Shown: positions 1 to 12,959 of the stretch, piece after piece
How the letters are laid out: every line of letters starts with the position of its first letter
Position numbering within the stretch: the stretch's first letter is position 1
Assembly (NCBI GenBank): GCA_030390025.1
Contig: CM059432.1
Span: 148,492,001 to 148,556,000 of the forward strand
Direction of reading: 5' to 3'
Source of the DNA: Squalus acanthias
Taxonomy: Eukaryota
Length of the DNA stretch: 64,000 nt
The notes under the pieces: generated by a model
What the model was told of the DNA's origin: nothing
Database searches by the model: none
What the model saw: the letters and a program-made list of their open reading frames with translations, nothing else
Program-made: the position numbers and the translations under genes

Positions 1-320
1 TTCCCGATGACTGATGTCAGGCTAACTGGCCTGTACTTCCCCATTTTCTCTCTCCCTCCTTTCTTGACTAGCGGGGTTACATTTGCGACCTTCCAATCCA
101 CTGGGACCATTCCAGAATCTAGGGAATTCTGGAAGATCAAAACCAATGCATCTATTATCTCTGCAGCCACCTCTTTTAAAACCCTAGGGTGTAGGCCATT
201 AGGTCCTGGGGATTTGTCGGCTTTTAGTCCCATTAGTTTCTCAAGTACTTTTTCTCCACTGATATTAATTACTTTAAGTTTATCACTCTCATTAGCCCCT
301 TGGTTCCCCACTATTTCCGC
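1..320 (-). mobile_element. CR1 LINE ORF2 internal fragment (runs off window start)
   Basis: Minus strand encodes KSPGPNGLHPRVLKEVAAE...KYRPVSLTSVIG; similar to the CR1 at about 40400-40700. Confidence 0.85.
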
Positions 321-439
321 TGCTTAATACTGTAGATTTTCCCCTAGTATTATAGTGGCAGCAATGAACATTCAGTTACATTTGGTCTTCCACTTCAGAC
401 TTGAACTCATATAGTCATGAAACACAATAGATTAGCTCC

Positions 440-745
440 CCAAATGTCCTAGTCAATAAGCACTACCCATACAGGTCCGAGGTCCTAATCTGTGCTGTTA
501 GAACTGCCCTCAAAGCCACTAGACTTGGGAGAGGAATAATCAGTCAGGGTTTGTGCTCCTGATTGCTATCTCTGCTGGAAAGTGCACTTGTATCATCAGT
601 TGTCAAGAGGACCAGGCTCAGCAGTCATGTCTTTCATGGAACAACAGATTGTTGGAACTCACCGCCTTGGCTCACACATTAAGAATGGTCACTTGGACAA
701 GGTACCAGAGGGCTATCACCACCTGTGGATCTATAGCTAAATAAA
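440..745 (+). mobile_element. Old degenerate SINE (AmnSINE2-like); related degenerate copy at about 23130-23340 (-)
   Basis: aatcagtcagggtttgtgctcctgattgctatc...ctgctggaaagtgc...aagaatggtcacttggacaaggtaccagaggg resembles the recalled family core. Family name not verified. Confidence 0.4.
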
Positions 746-1240
746 AGTAACAGCTTCAGCACAGACGGGAAGAACTTGAGGAAAATAACACAACCGACCA
801 AGCAATATTTAATCCCAGCTGCCATGGATCGGAGTCATTCCATGAGCCTCAGGCACTGCTTCCCCCACCTTCAAAATTGTCATCTTCAACCAGTTCCTGA
901 AAAAGGCCACCCTCTGCTCTTTCATCCGCTCCAATTACTCTTGTTGGAAACTCTCAAACCTCCCTTTCTTCTTTAAGGTTCTGAAATATGTGGTCACCAC
1001 CCAGCTCTACGTCACTTTTTTCACATTTCCATGGCATTTGACACATCCTCCTCCAGCATTCCTCCTTCTTGGCCCAGCTCGATGGCACTGCCCTCGCTTG
1101 GTTCCATTCTTATCTGTTCCAATGCAGTCAGCATGTCTGTTGTCTGAAACCCTCATCCGTGCCTTTGTTACCTCTATTCCAATGACTACTCCAATGCACT
1201 CCTGGTTGGCCTCTCACGTTCTACCCTCTGCGCACTTGAG

Positions 1241-4047
1241 AAGAAGATTTGCATTTATATAGCGCCTTTCACGACCTCAGGACGTCCCAAAGCGCTTTAC
1301 AACCAATGAAGTACTTTTAAATTGTAGTCACTGTTGTAATGTGGGAAACACGGCAGCCAATTTGCGCACAGCAAGGTCCCACAAACAGCAATGTGATAAT
1401 GACCAGATCATCTGTATTAGTGATGTTAATTGAGGGATAAATATTGGCCAGGACACCAGGGATAACTCCCCTGCTCTTCTTCGAAATAGTGCCGTGGGAT
1501 CTTTTACCTCCACCTGAAAAGGCAGGCAGGGCCTCAGTTTTACGTCTCATCCGAAAGATGGCACCTCCAACAGTGCAGCACTCCCTCAGCACTGCCCCTC
1601 CGACAGTGCAGCACTCCCTCAGCACTGCCCCTCCGACAGTGCAGCACTCCCTCAGCACTGCCCCTCCAACAGTGCAGCGCTCCCTCAGTACTGCCCCTCC
1701 AACAGTGCAGCGCTCCCTCAGTACTGCCCCTCCGACAGTGCAGCACTCCCTCAGCACTGCCCCTCCGACAGTGCAGCGCTCCCTCAGTACTGCCCCTCCA
1801 ACAGTGCAGCACTCCCTCAGCACTGCCCCTCCGACAGTGCAGCACTCCCTCAGCACTGCCCCTCCGACAGTGCAGCACTCCCTCAGCACTGCCCCTCCAA
1901 CAGTGCAGCACTCCCTCAGCACTGCCCCTCCAACAGTGCAGCGTTCCCTCAGCACTGCCCCTCCGACAGTGCAGCACTCCCTCAGCACTGCCCCTCCGAC
2001 AGTGCAGCACTCCCTCAGCACTGCCCCTCCGACAGTGCAGCACTCCCTCAGCACTGCCCCTCCAACAGTGCAGCACTCCCTCAGCACTGCCCCTCTGACA
2101 GTGCAGCGCTCCCTCAGTACTGCTCCTCCGACAGTGCTGCACTCCCTCAGTACTGCCCCTCCGACAGTGCAGCGCTCCCTCAGCACTGCCCCTCCGACAG
2201 TGCAGCACTCCCTCAGTACTGCCCCTCCGACAGTGCAGCGCTCCCTCAGCACTGCCCCTCCGACAGTGCAGCACTCCCTCAGTACTGCCCCTCCGACAGT
2301 GCAGCGCTCCCTCAGCACTGCCCCTCCGACAGTGCAGCACTCCCTCAGTACTGCCCCTCCGACAGTGCAGCGCTCCCTCAGCACTGCCCCTCCGACAGTG
2401 CAGCACTCCCTCAGCACTGCCCCTCTGACAGTGCAGCGCTCCCTCAGTACTGCTCCTCCGACAGTGCTGCACTCCCTCAGTACTGCCCCTCCGACAGTGC
2501 AGCGCTCCCTCAGCACTGCCCCTCCGACAGTGCAGCACTCCCTCAGTACTGCCCCTCCGACAGTGCAGCGCTCCCTCAGCACTGCCCCTCCGACAGTGCA
2601 GCGCTCCCTCAGCACTGCCCCTCCGACAGTGCAGCGCTCCCTCAGCACTGCCCCTCCGACAGTGCAGCACTCCCTCAGCACTGCCCCTCCGACAGTGCAG
2701 CACTCCCTCAGCACTGCCCCTCTGACAGTGCAGCGCTCCCTCAGTACTGCCCCTCCGACAGTGCAGCACTCCCTCAGCACTGCCCCTCTGACAGTGCAGC
2801 GCTCCCTCAGTACTGCCCCTCCGACAGTGCAGCACTCCCTCAGCACTGCCCCTCTGACAGTGCAGCACTCCCTCAGCACTGCCCCTCCGACAGTGCGGCG
2901 CTCCCTCAGCACTGCCCCTCCGACAGTGCAGCGCTCCCTCAGCACTGCCCCTCCGACAGTGCAGCACTCCCTCAGTACTGCCCCTCCGACAGTGCAGCAC
3001 TCCCTCAGTACTGCCCCTCCGACAGTGCAGCGCTCCCTCAGTACTGCCCCTCCGACAGTGCAGCACTCCCTCAGCACTGCCCCTCTGACAGTGCAGCACT
3101 CCCTCAGTACTGCCCCTCCGACAGTGCAGCACTCCCTCAGCACTGCCCCTCTGACAGTGCAGCACTCCCTCAGTACTGCCTCTCCGACAGTGCGGCACTC
3201 CCTCAGTACTGCCTCTCCGACAGTGCGGCGCTCCCTCAGCACTGCCCCTCCGACAGTGCAGCACTCCCTCAGCACTGCCCCTCCGACAGTGCAGCGCTCC
3301 CTCAGCACTGCCTCTCCGACAGTGCGGCACTCCCTCAGCACTGCCCCTCTGACAGTGCAGCACTCCCTCAGTACTGCCCCTCCGACAGTGCAGCGCTCCC
3401 TCAGTACTGCCCCTCCGACAGTGCAGCGCTCCCTCAGTACTGCCCCTCCGACAGTGCAGCGCTCCCTCAGTACTGCCCCTCCGACAGTGCAGCACTCCCT
3501 CAGCACTGCCCCTCCGACAGTGCAGCACTCCCTCAGCACTGCCCCTCCGACAGTGCAGCACTCCCTCAGCACTGCCCCTCCGACAGTGCAGCACTCCCTC
3601 AGCACTGCCCCTCCGACAGTGCAGCGCTCCCTCAGCACTGCCCCTCCGACAGTGCAGCGCTCCCTCAGCACTGCCCCTCCGACAGTGCAGCACTCCCTCA
3701 GCACTGCCCCTCCGACAGTGCGGCACTCCCTCAGTACTGCCCCTCCGACAGTGCAGCACTCCCTCAGCACTGCCCCTCCGACAGTGCAGCACTCCCTCAG
3801 CACTGCCCCTCCAACAGTGCAGCACTCCCTCAGTACGGCCCCTCCGACAGTGCAGCACTCCCTCAGTACTGCCCCTCCAACAGTGCGGCACTCCCTCAGC
3901 ACTGCCCCTCCAACAGTGCAGCACTCCCTCAGCACTGCACTGGAGTACAAAAATCTAGGCTGACACTCAAGCCTCTGGAGTGGGGCTTGAACCCACGACC
4001 TTCTGACTCAGAGGCGAGCGTGCTGCCCACTGAGTCATGGCTGATAC
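1241..4047 (-). mobile_element. DeuSINE (SacSINE1-like) with internal minisatellite expansion
   Basis: tRNA-like head at about 3960-4047 (B box GGTTCAAGCCC on minus); Deu domain and L2-type tail at 1241-1563. Colinear with the intact copy at 51840-52312. Confidence 0.88.
1564..3938. repeat. 33-bp minisatellite, about 72 units (CCTCCGACAGTGCAGCACTCCCTCAGCACTGCC)
   Basis: Direct tandem periodicity of 33 nt; it produces the spurious 794-877 aa ORFs. Confidence 0.98.
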
Positions 4048-4764
4048 ACTGATGTCATCCAAAACCCTGCTGCCCGTGTCCTAACTCGCACCAAGTCCCG
4101 TTCACTCATCACCCCTGTGCTTACTGACCTACATTGGCTCCCGGTTAAGCAACACCTCAATTTTAAAATTCTCATCCTTGTTTTCAAATCCTTCCATGGC
4201 CTTACCGCCCCCTACCTCTGTAATCCACTCCACCTCTACAACTCTCCGAGATATCTGTGTTCCTCCAATTCTGGCCTCTTGAGCATGCCTGATTTTAATC
4301 ACTCCATCATTGGTGCCCATACCCTCAGCTGCCCAGGCCCTAAACCTTTCCGTCTCTCGACATCTCTCTCCTCCTTTAAGACGCTCCTTAAAATCTACCT
4401 CTTTGACCACGCTTTTGGTCGTCTGCCCTAATATCTCCTTCTGTGGCTCGGGGTCAAATTTTGTTTGATAATCGCTCTTGTGAAGCACCTTGGGACATTT
4501 TACTACATTAAAGGTGCTATGTAAATACAAATTGTTGTTGTTGTAATGACTTCCCCTCCCAATCCCACAGCATCACTTTGGGGGTGCTCCAAGGTTTATC
4601 CTTACTGTTCATCTACATGCTGCTCCTGGGCAATACCATCTTCAAGCAGCTTCCCTGTAAACCGATGACATGGAGCTCCACCTCTTCAACACCTCCCTTG
4701 ATTCCAGAAACCACAGCTGCGTCATGGATGTACAAGAACTTTCTCCAATTAAATATCAACAAGA

Positions 4765-5710
4765 TATTTGGAGGAGGGGACTGAAGGGTGGATCAGTAAA
4801 TTTGCTGATGACACCAAGATTGGTGGAGTAGTGGATGAGGTGGAGGGCAGTTGTAGGCTGCAAAGAGACATTGATAGGATGCAGAGCTGGGCCGAAAAAT
4901 GGCAGATGGAATTTAACCCTGATAAGTGCGAGGTGATTCATTTTGGTAGGGCAAATTTGAATAAGGATTACAGGGTCAACGGCAGGGTTCTGAGGAACGT
5001 GGAGGAGCAGAGGGATCTGGGGGTTCATATCCACAGATCTCTGAAGGTTGCCACTCAAGTGGATAGAGCAGTAAAGAAGGCCTATGGTGTGTTGGCGTTT
5101 ATTAACAGAGGGTTTGAGTTTAAGAACCGTGAGGTTATGCTGCAACTGTACAGGACCTTGGTGAGACCACATTTGGAATATTGTGTGCAGTTCTGGTCAC
5201 CTCACTATAGGAAGGACGTGGAAGCATTGGAAAGAGTGCAAAGGAGATTTACCAGGATGCTGCCTGGTTTGGGGGGGAGGTCTTATGAGGAAAAATTGAG
5301 GGAGTTGGGGCTTTTCTCTTTAGAGCGGAGGAGGATGAGAGGCGACTTAATAGAGGTTTATAAGATGATGAGGGGGATAGATAGAGTGGATGTTCAGAGA
5401 CTATTTCCTCGGGTAGAGGCAGCTGTTACAAGGGGGCATAACTATAAGGTGCATGGGGGGAGATATAGAAGGGATGTCCGAGGTAGATTCTTTACTCAGA
5501 GAGTGGTTGGGGTGTGGAATGGACTGCCTGCTGTGATAGTGGAGTCGGACACTTTAGGAACTTTCAAGCGGTTATTGGATAAGCACATGGAGCACACCAG
5601 AGTGATAGGGAGTGTGATAGCTTGATCTTGGTCTCGGACAATGCTCGGCACAACATCGAGGGCCGAAGGGCCTGTACTGTGCTGTACTGTTCTATGTTCT
5701 ATGTTCTATA
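4765..5710 (+). mobile_element. CR1 LINE 3' fragment with open RT C-terminus, inserted into an old L2 remnant (about 4560-6190)
   Basis: SKFADDTKIGG...LVRPHLEYCVQFWSP...FFTQRVV, followed by 3' UTR gggccgaagggcctgtactgtgctgtac and a (TGTTCTA)n tail. Confidence 0.93.
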
Positions 5711-6318
5711 AGATTCACCATTCAACCCTGGCATAATTGCCCCAAATTCCAACCCCTCCCTGGCTGCTCAGTATATTACCTTGATGTCCAGTTTGACCCC
5801 GAGTTGAGTTTCATATCCATCAACAAGGCCGCATATTTCAATCTCAGCAATATTGCTTTCTTAAGTGCTCACCTCACCACCACTGAAATTCTCATCCATG
5901 CTTTTGCATCCTCAGGCTTGTCTCTTCCAATGTTCACCTTGTCGCCCTTCCAATTAAACCCTATGCAAACTCTAATTCATTCAAAGTTCTACTCCCTACT
6001 TCCTATCCTGCACTAGGTTTTGCTCATCTATCATTCCAGTCCACCCTGACCTCCTGTGGCTCCCTGTCCCACAGCACATTGAACTCAAATTCCTCATCTA
6101 CGTTTATAGTCCCTCCTCAGCCATGCCCCAACTCTATCCCTTGGAACTCCTTGAGCCTCAAATCCCCTCCACTCTTCCACTCTGGCTTCATAATGGGTAA
6201 AATCTATTCCATTTTTTAAAATGAAACACCTATTTTTATGGCAAGAGATTGGTCGCGGAAAGCTTCTGGGTGGGAATGATGACACCAGCACAGGAGAGGC
6301 TCTTGCCTGCTGGCGAAA

Positions 6319-6425
6319 GCTCCGAAAGCTTGTAAAATTAAATAAATCTGTTGGACTATAACCTGGTGTTGTGCGACTTCTCATTTTTGTCCACCCCAGT
6401 CCAACGCCGGCATCTCCACATCATT
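6319..6425 (+). mobile_element. Penelope-like terminal (pLTR) fragment
   Basis: gctccgaaagcttgt...ctgttggactataacctggtgttgtgcgacttctc, shared with the copies at 15737-15925 and 56108-56200. Confidence 0.8.
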
Positions 6426-7139
6426 ATCACAGCATGGCAGCAGGAAGTAAGCTGCAGAGGAGATTTACCCTTCCAGTAAATATGTTTTGCCGTTTTAATT
6501 ACACATCCACGTAATTCGAATTAGAATTTGGTTAAATCCCAATTTTTCCAAATTAATCCATGAATGACAAATTGTGACCACTTTGACCTGGGAATGTTGG
6601 TGTTGGTTTGATCACTAATAATAATGAATATCAAAATATTCTACTGATTTATTGTAAAGATTATTACAGATTATTTGGTGGGGGAGAGGGGTAGAGACCC
6701 GGAAACACAATCAAAACATTGAGACTTTTTCAGAATGCCTGTCCAAAGAGATTAGAGTGGTGACAGCATCTGAGTGAGTCATGGAACGAACCAGTGAATC
6801 CAACACAGTGGGACATCCTTCTCGAGTGTCACTGGGCCTCGATGTTATCAGGGGGTAAAAGACAGATGCTAAACGCCAGCACTAATGTTTGATAGCTCTA
6901 TGAGAGCCATAAGAATGTCAATTAGCTTTAATGAAAAGATTTTAGTCATAACTACAAGCATCAACTGGTGCGAATGAGTGTGCTTTCATGTATATTTTAT
7001 GATAGAAAAGGGAGCAAAGCAGGAATCTTTAATTTTCTTTAATCAAAAGGTAGATGCAGCATGCTCATAGTCTTAGCCTACTGTTGTCATTCATTTTCAG
7101 TTTATAGTTCCTTTCCCTCAGCACAATTACTGCCAAATA

Positions 7140-8020
7140 GGATTACACAGAATTACATAGAATTTTACAGCACAGAAACAGGCCATGCGGCCCAATAGGT
7201 CTATGTTCCACACGAGCCTCCTCCCACCTTACTTCATCTCACCCTATTAACATATCCCTCTATTCCTTTCTCCCTCATGTGTTTATCCAGCTTACCCTTA
7301 AATGCTTCTATACTATTCGCCTCAACCACTCCCTGTGGCAGCGTGTTCCACATTCTCACCACTCTCTGAGTGAAGAAGTTTCTCCTGAATTCCCTTATTG
7401 GATTTGTTGGTGACTATCTTGTATTTATAACCCTTAGGTTTGGTCTCCACCACAAGTGGAAACATCCTCTCTACATCTACCCTATCGAAACCCTTCATCA
7501 TTGTAAAGACCTCTGTCAGGTCACCTCTCGGTCTTCTCTTTTCTAGAGAAAAAAGCCCCAGCCTCTTCAGTCTTTCCTGTTAGTTGCACCATCTTAGATC
7601 TGGTATCATCCTTGGAAATCTTTCTTGCACTTTCTCCAGTGCTTCTATATCCTTTTGGTAATATGGAGACTGAACTGTGCACGGTACTCCAAGTGTGGGC
7701 TAAGGTTCGATACAAGCTTAACATAACTTCTCTGCTTTTGACTTCTAGAAGTGAACCCCAGTGCTTTGTTTGCACATGTTATGACTTTGTTAACCTGTGT
7801 CACTACTTTTAATGATTTGTTAATCTGTACCTCTAGATCTCTTTGCGCCTCTACCCCATTTAGACTCCTATTTTCCAAAAAAGTGTTTGGCCTCCTTATT
7901 CCTCCCACTAAGATGCTACATCTCACACTTATTTATATTGAAATTTATTTACCATTTACACACTCATTCTGCAAGTTTGTTAACGTCTCTTGTATTTTGT
8001 CGCAGTCTTCCTCAGTACTA
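7140..8020 (-). mobile_element. Older CR1 3' fragment
   Basis: Frameshifted QRDLEVQINKSLKV / SREVMLSLYRTL / PHLEY segments; CR1 3' UTR at 7140-7200. Confidence 0.8.
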
Positions 8021-8029
8021 TCCACACCC

Positions 8030-8633
8030 CCCTTAAGGAGGGTGTCAGGGACGCTTAAGTCCACTCCCAACTGAGAGGCCCCTGGTGCAATCCCACATTG
8101 GCCTGCCTGACTTCCGCCACCATGCCACTGTGCCCCCCGAGATGGAAAATATCATGAGCAACATCGACCGTCCCGTTCACGAAGACTTGAAAAACCCACC
8201 AGGAAAGCGCTAAAAATCGCGCCGGCCATTCTGGGAAACAGCAGCCAATATTCACGCAGCTGGGATCGACCCACTATCCAGATGGTGGGAATCGTGGGAC
8301 ACATGCAACATAAAGAACCAACACCTTATCACTGACCCAACAGCAGAGGTCCCTGGCTCTGACCTTCCTCGAAGACAGTGGACGGCGCTCAACCCAATCC
8401 ACACAGAGCGTGGACGATGCGGCCGCCTGCTCCACCAGTGGAAGATGAGGGACGACCCGAAGTGCGACTGTGGCCATGAGTCCCAGACCATGGAACACAT
8501 CACATCAGCCTGCCCACTGAGACCTGTTGCGGGAGGAACTCATTTCTCCACTCGGCATCTCAGGAGGCCATTGAATGGAGAGCCAAACTAGACATCCCAT
8601 TGTAAGCTTTTCCAATCTTACGAAAGTAGTAGT
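8030..8633 (+). mobile_element. Vingi/Ingi-like non-LTR retrotransposon 3' fragment
   Basis: RRVSGTLKSTP, then from 8283 WWESW...PGSDLPRRQWTALNPIHTERGRCGRLLHQWKMRDDPKCDCGHESQTMEHITSACPLR (CxC...H...C knuckle). Short 3' UTR ending tacgaaagtagtagt. Confidence 0.75.
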
Positions 8634-9932
8634 GGACAGAAAGTCACAGGCTACACACCTGTGATTTCCTCAGAGGCGCTTGCTTTAAGCACTGCTCTCT
8701 TCTGAGAGCACCAATTTGTGGAATCACCACTTGTAAATCAAGTTTACGCAGTGCTCACACCTCAGCTTTTATTAGCTTACAGATCTTTCCTCCTTTTCAG
8801 AGTTAGACAGATACATGGCAGTTGGTTTTCGGATTCAAAAACAATCTTGCGGACGCAATCATTCACTCAGGGGACAAGTAGCAGAATGGATAGCAAACCA
8901 GGTGCAAAACAGAAAGCAGAGAGTAGGGGGTTAAAGGTGGTTACTTTATATCAGACTTTGGCCGATTGGGTGAACAGAGGACAGGTAACAAACAAGTTAG
9001 TCAGCGGCTGGTGTGAGGTTGGTCCTGTTTTGTAAATTGTCAGACAATGGTAGGTGTAAACTTAGGTGTAAATAATGAGTTTAGAGTGGAGAAATAAATA
9101 TGGCCGAGATTTTATAATAAGGAGCAATTTTAATCCTCCGAAATAGTGCAAGTATGTGTTAGATAATGATACAGAGTAGTGAAGCCCAAAGCCTTTCTAG
9201 TCATCAGCTAAACCCTGAAATTATTGAGGTAATTTTTGAGCCTGTGTTCCTGACAGTGCAGATCAGAAGTTTGGGTGCTCACACTTTTCCGACCATTTAT
9301 TTCAATGGTCAGAAAATCATGGGCAGTGCATAATCCGTATATCTAATATGTGCTCCCAGCAGATGATGCTCCTCATCTGGTGAACGGGCTTGTAAACTTA
9401 CCCTCTGTTTCACAGCCTGGCAATCATTCCGAGTTATCTGCTATTGCAATCATGTGTTCAGTTTCATGCTGGTGTTAGTGTGACACTGGAATGGTCATTC
9501 TGAAAGTGTGCTGCATACATTCCCACAAAAGTGTGAATGACTCTGCAAGCTCATCAAGAAGTAAGCTGCAAAGTTGCCACAACACCCAGCATATGTGTAG
9601 CAGAATTCATCATCCTTTTAGTTTGGTTATTCCTTCTTATTACGCTGACCATATTAATATTCAACTGAAGAGAATGTAACAGGGAATACTGCCGAGGGGA
9701 AAGCATTGTAACTTTACAGCAGAGATAGTGTAATAACTGAGCCTTGTAATGAAGGCAGGGTGTACTGTCATTATTATCCATGTCACTCCAACCACTTTCA
9801 CATTTAACAGTATTTCATACGAAACATATATTTTGTGTTGCTCTGTAGACGTCATTTTAATCTTAAATGTTGGCGGTACAAAAGAATTAAAGCCAGGTCG
9901 CAGTCATTTCTACATTCCGCAGCGAGCCTTAC

Positions 9933-10012
9933 CTTTGTGTTGTGACTGTGAATTCCAAATTCTCCTGCTCCCCAGACAGGTGACTCGTGTCAAAAATGAC
10001 GCTGAATTCATA
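9933..10012 (-). CDS. itga9: Integrin alpha-9 coding exon (80 nt; most 3' exon found in window)
   Basis: ccccctgcag|TAT GAA TTC...CAA AG|gtaagg = YEFSVIFDTSHLSGEQENLEFTVTTQ(S) versus ITGA9 YEFSVIFDTSHLSGEEEVLSFIVTAQS. Confidence 0.95.
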
Positions 10013-12959
10013 CTGCAGGGGGAAAAAAAAGTTTGGAGATGAGCAGATGAACCCATGAAACCCGCAGCTATCTTATCGATCTTCCAGAGTGTTAAGATGA
10101 CTGGAGGTGCCGAGTGCTACACTCACTCATCTCTGCTGATGTATTGCAACGCAAGACAGGCGCTGAGATACATCCACTATCCAGTTACCCCAGGCATTTT
10201 AATGAGCTGTCACTGTTAACCTTTATCCACGGTCCCAGGCAGCTCTGTCAAACAATCTGTATCTTTATCTGATCTAATATAATCTAATGGATTCCTGGGC
10301 CCCAGTTCAACAGAAAGCATAAACAACATGTGCAATGCCTTCGCTGGGATACATCCCATAGTAGTGGCTCATAATATGGAGGCCTGTGAGTTCAAAGCAC
10401 AACAATAAACAAAAAGGATTTTTTTTTACATCAGCGTAACACAAGTAAAAGAATTCTGCATGAAATAAAAAGAAACACAACAGAAAAGATATCAATGCAC
10501 TCAATGAATCAAGAAACCCTGATCCACACACATTAAGCATCACGCATATACTGTCTCATGGGCGGTCATTGTAAATACCTCCAATAAGTGGGGGGCTCAG
10601 CACTCAACTAAGGAACAATGGTGCCCCAGTCTTCAGGTGATAGATCGGCAGCGCATGCTAACCTGACCCGAGAATGGTCATGCTGTTCTGGTGCCGAGTC
10701 TGTCATCTAGAAAGTTAGGTGCCGGACAGTTTAAAAATATCTTACAGTAAATGTACTTATGTGGAATGGTGGTTATAACAGCGATGAGGTTGTGGAATGA
10801 CCCCCATTGTAATTGTTTTCTAGTTCCTGTTGTTAGGTTTGAATTTCCAGGTCACCACAGCTGAGGAGGAAGGACGATGGAATTGGGGGGGGTAATTGGC
10901 AGTAGAGGGAGAGAGGAAGGGGGTGGTGGAAAGGGAGGAGGCAGAGAAAGGGATGTCAGAAAACAATCTTGGAGGTAGCGCAGAACAATGGAGGGAAGAG
11001 GGGTGTCCAGGTTATGAATTTCTCAGCCAGTGCCATCAATAAAATTAATGTGGGCAGTGAGGGAGGGGTATGCTGCTTTTTCATCTGTCAGGGCTTAAGG
11101 ATACTCTCAGTGGGGTGGAAGGGCAGCATCTGCCAGGTGGTGAAATTTTAATTTCGGCCGGGGTCTGATACGCAGCGGTAATTATCTCACAGCTGGTACG
11201 GGGGAGCAGAGCATCAGGATATGCTGTTAGGACCATCGGATGGTCAAAGAAAGAAGTGACCCTGAAAGGGTCGGTGCCAGAACACCGACTGTGCAGTTGA
11301 AGCGCAGCCACTAGCAGGTGACCTGCGGGTCATGCAAAAGAGCCTTAGGGTAGAGTGGCAGAGGAAGCCCGCCAAGCAGACTTTAGGGGGCGTAGTGCTA
11401 GAAAGATTATTTGGCAAGGATCAGCAGGACCAGCTGGGACAGGTTAATACTGGAATGGGACTCAATGACAGAGATGGAAGAGCTAGTGGTTGGCCTTGCA
11501 GACAATGGGAGAGGAGATGGCAACTCAGAAATATGTGGGTCCACAGCATCAAAAACTATTTCCAGCAAGGCATGGGATGCACCGCAATACTAATTTAGGA
11601 GATCACCAAATGACAAACAGCCGTAATTGACAATAATCTGGCTAAACAATATATATTTACAACTTACAAACAATTTAAGAATGTGCCTTACATTCAGATA
11701 TTGTGGTTACAGCATAAACATTGCTGTGGAGCAATCTGGAAAGATAAATCCGTAGTTTACAGACTAACGTTATGTGACTGCCAATTAAAATTGTATTAGT
11801 CCCATCACAATGCCACCGATGGGCGTAACATACGACAGCCAAGTGTGGACACTTTCACAATGGATGTTTGCACTGAGAGCACCTGACATTAATGTTTTCA
11901 ATGCATTTTTAAATGGAATGTTGAGACCCACTCACCAATTTTAATATATAATCGATGCCTTTAATTTTCATAATGGGGGATTTTTAAAGGTAAGCACATC
12001 CAGCTTATCCAAAACTAGGTAACAGTTTACACTCAGTATTAGTCAATTTTTGCTCCCACTATTGGTGTAAATCCACTTTGATGCCGACACTGTCGCAATC
12101 TACTGCATCAAGATATATTCCATTGATATACAATTTGGGTGAAGTGGTCAGGGTTATACAACAGAGTCAAATTTTATGACGTTGCCATTCAAATATAAAT
12201 GCTGCAAATGGATCAAATAAGCAGCTTTAATAAGACCACACAATGGTGGCTACTGTGCTACTCCGAACGTGTCATTACAAAATTAACCAAAGAGGATTCC
12301 CATTGGATAAAGCCATCCTAATGAACAGAAGCTTAAAAAATAGATCTTTTAAAACAATAACACATGGCCAAATATTTATCCTTTTACTAATTATTATTTT
12401 TTATTGTGCCCCAAATCATTTTTGAACTTTTATGGAAAGACAATTCTTTGGTCCTGCTTTCTTTCTTTCTTTATTTGAAATAGGAAACTGCGTGGTGTAC
12501 TGCCACTAAACAACAGGCATGGTTTATGTAGCAGAATCACTGTTGCCATTGCGACAAAAGAAATGAAGTTAATTTGGAAGGACTACCATTCTCAAACAAT
12601 CCCAGAATTTCCATGGCCGCACCCACTCCAGCTGACTTCTACAAGATCCGAACTCGGGCATAAAACCACGACTGCACGCAAGAGTATTTGTGTAACGGTG
12701 TATGAGCGAAAATAGTAGCGTGTGAGAAAAGGTGTAACGTGCATTGGAATTAAACGTGACCTCACAGCAATTTTATTTCAAAAATAACTTGTTGGCTAGA
12801 ATAATTTGAACCTTGACACGCCAAACAGGAATAACATCCTAAATAAATCAGGAATTAAATCAAAGGATGTTGACCAAATAATGCGTCAACATTGTGTGCA
12901 TTTGTCACGTACATCATGTGGACAGACAGTGGCCTCCCCATTTTCACCATAAGTGTAAC

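Larger units (their letters stand above)
1130..4545 (+). mobile_element. L2 LINE 3' fragment split by the DeuSINE insertion (L2 parts about 1130-1240 and 4053-4545)
   Basis: LIRAFVTS...|...ITPVLTDLHWLPVKQHLNFKILILVFK is the L2 ORF2 C-terminus. Tail aaggtgctatgtaaatacaaattgttgttgttg. Confidence 0.8.

Noticed and set aside
1317..3963. ORFs of 877, 839 and 794 aa (Cys-rich or mucin-like)
   Set aside because: They are translations of a stop-free 33-bp tandem repeat inside a SINE, open in several frames on both strands.
9400..9500. AG...GTAAGT-bounded segment as the next downstream itga9 exon
   Set aside because: Stop codon in the required phase and no similarity to the expected DNTL...HEVDT sequence.
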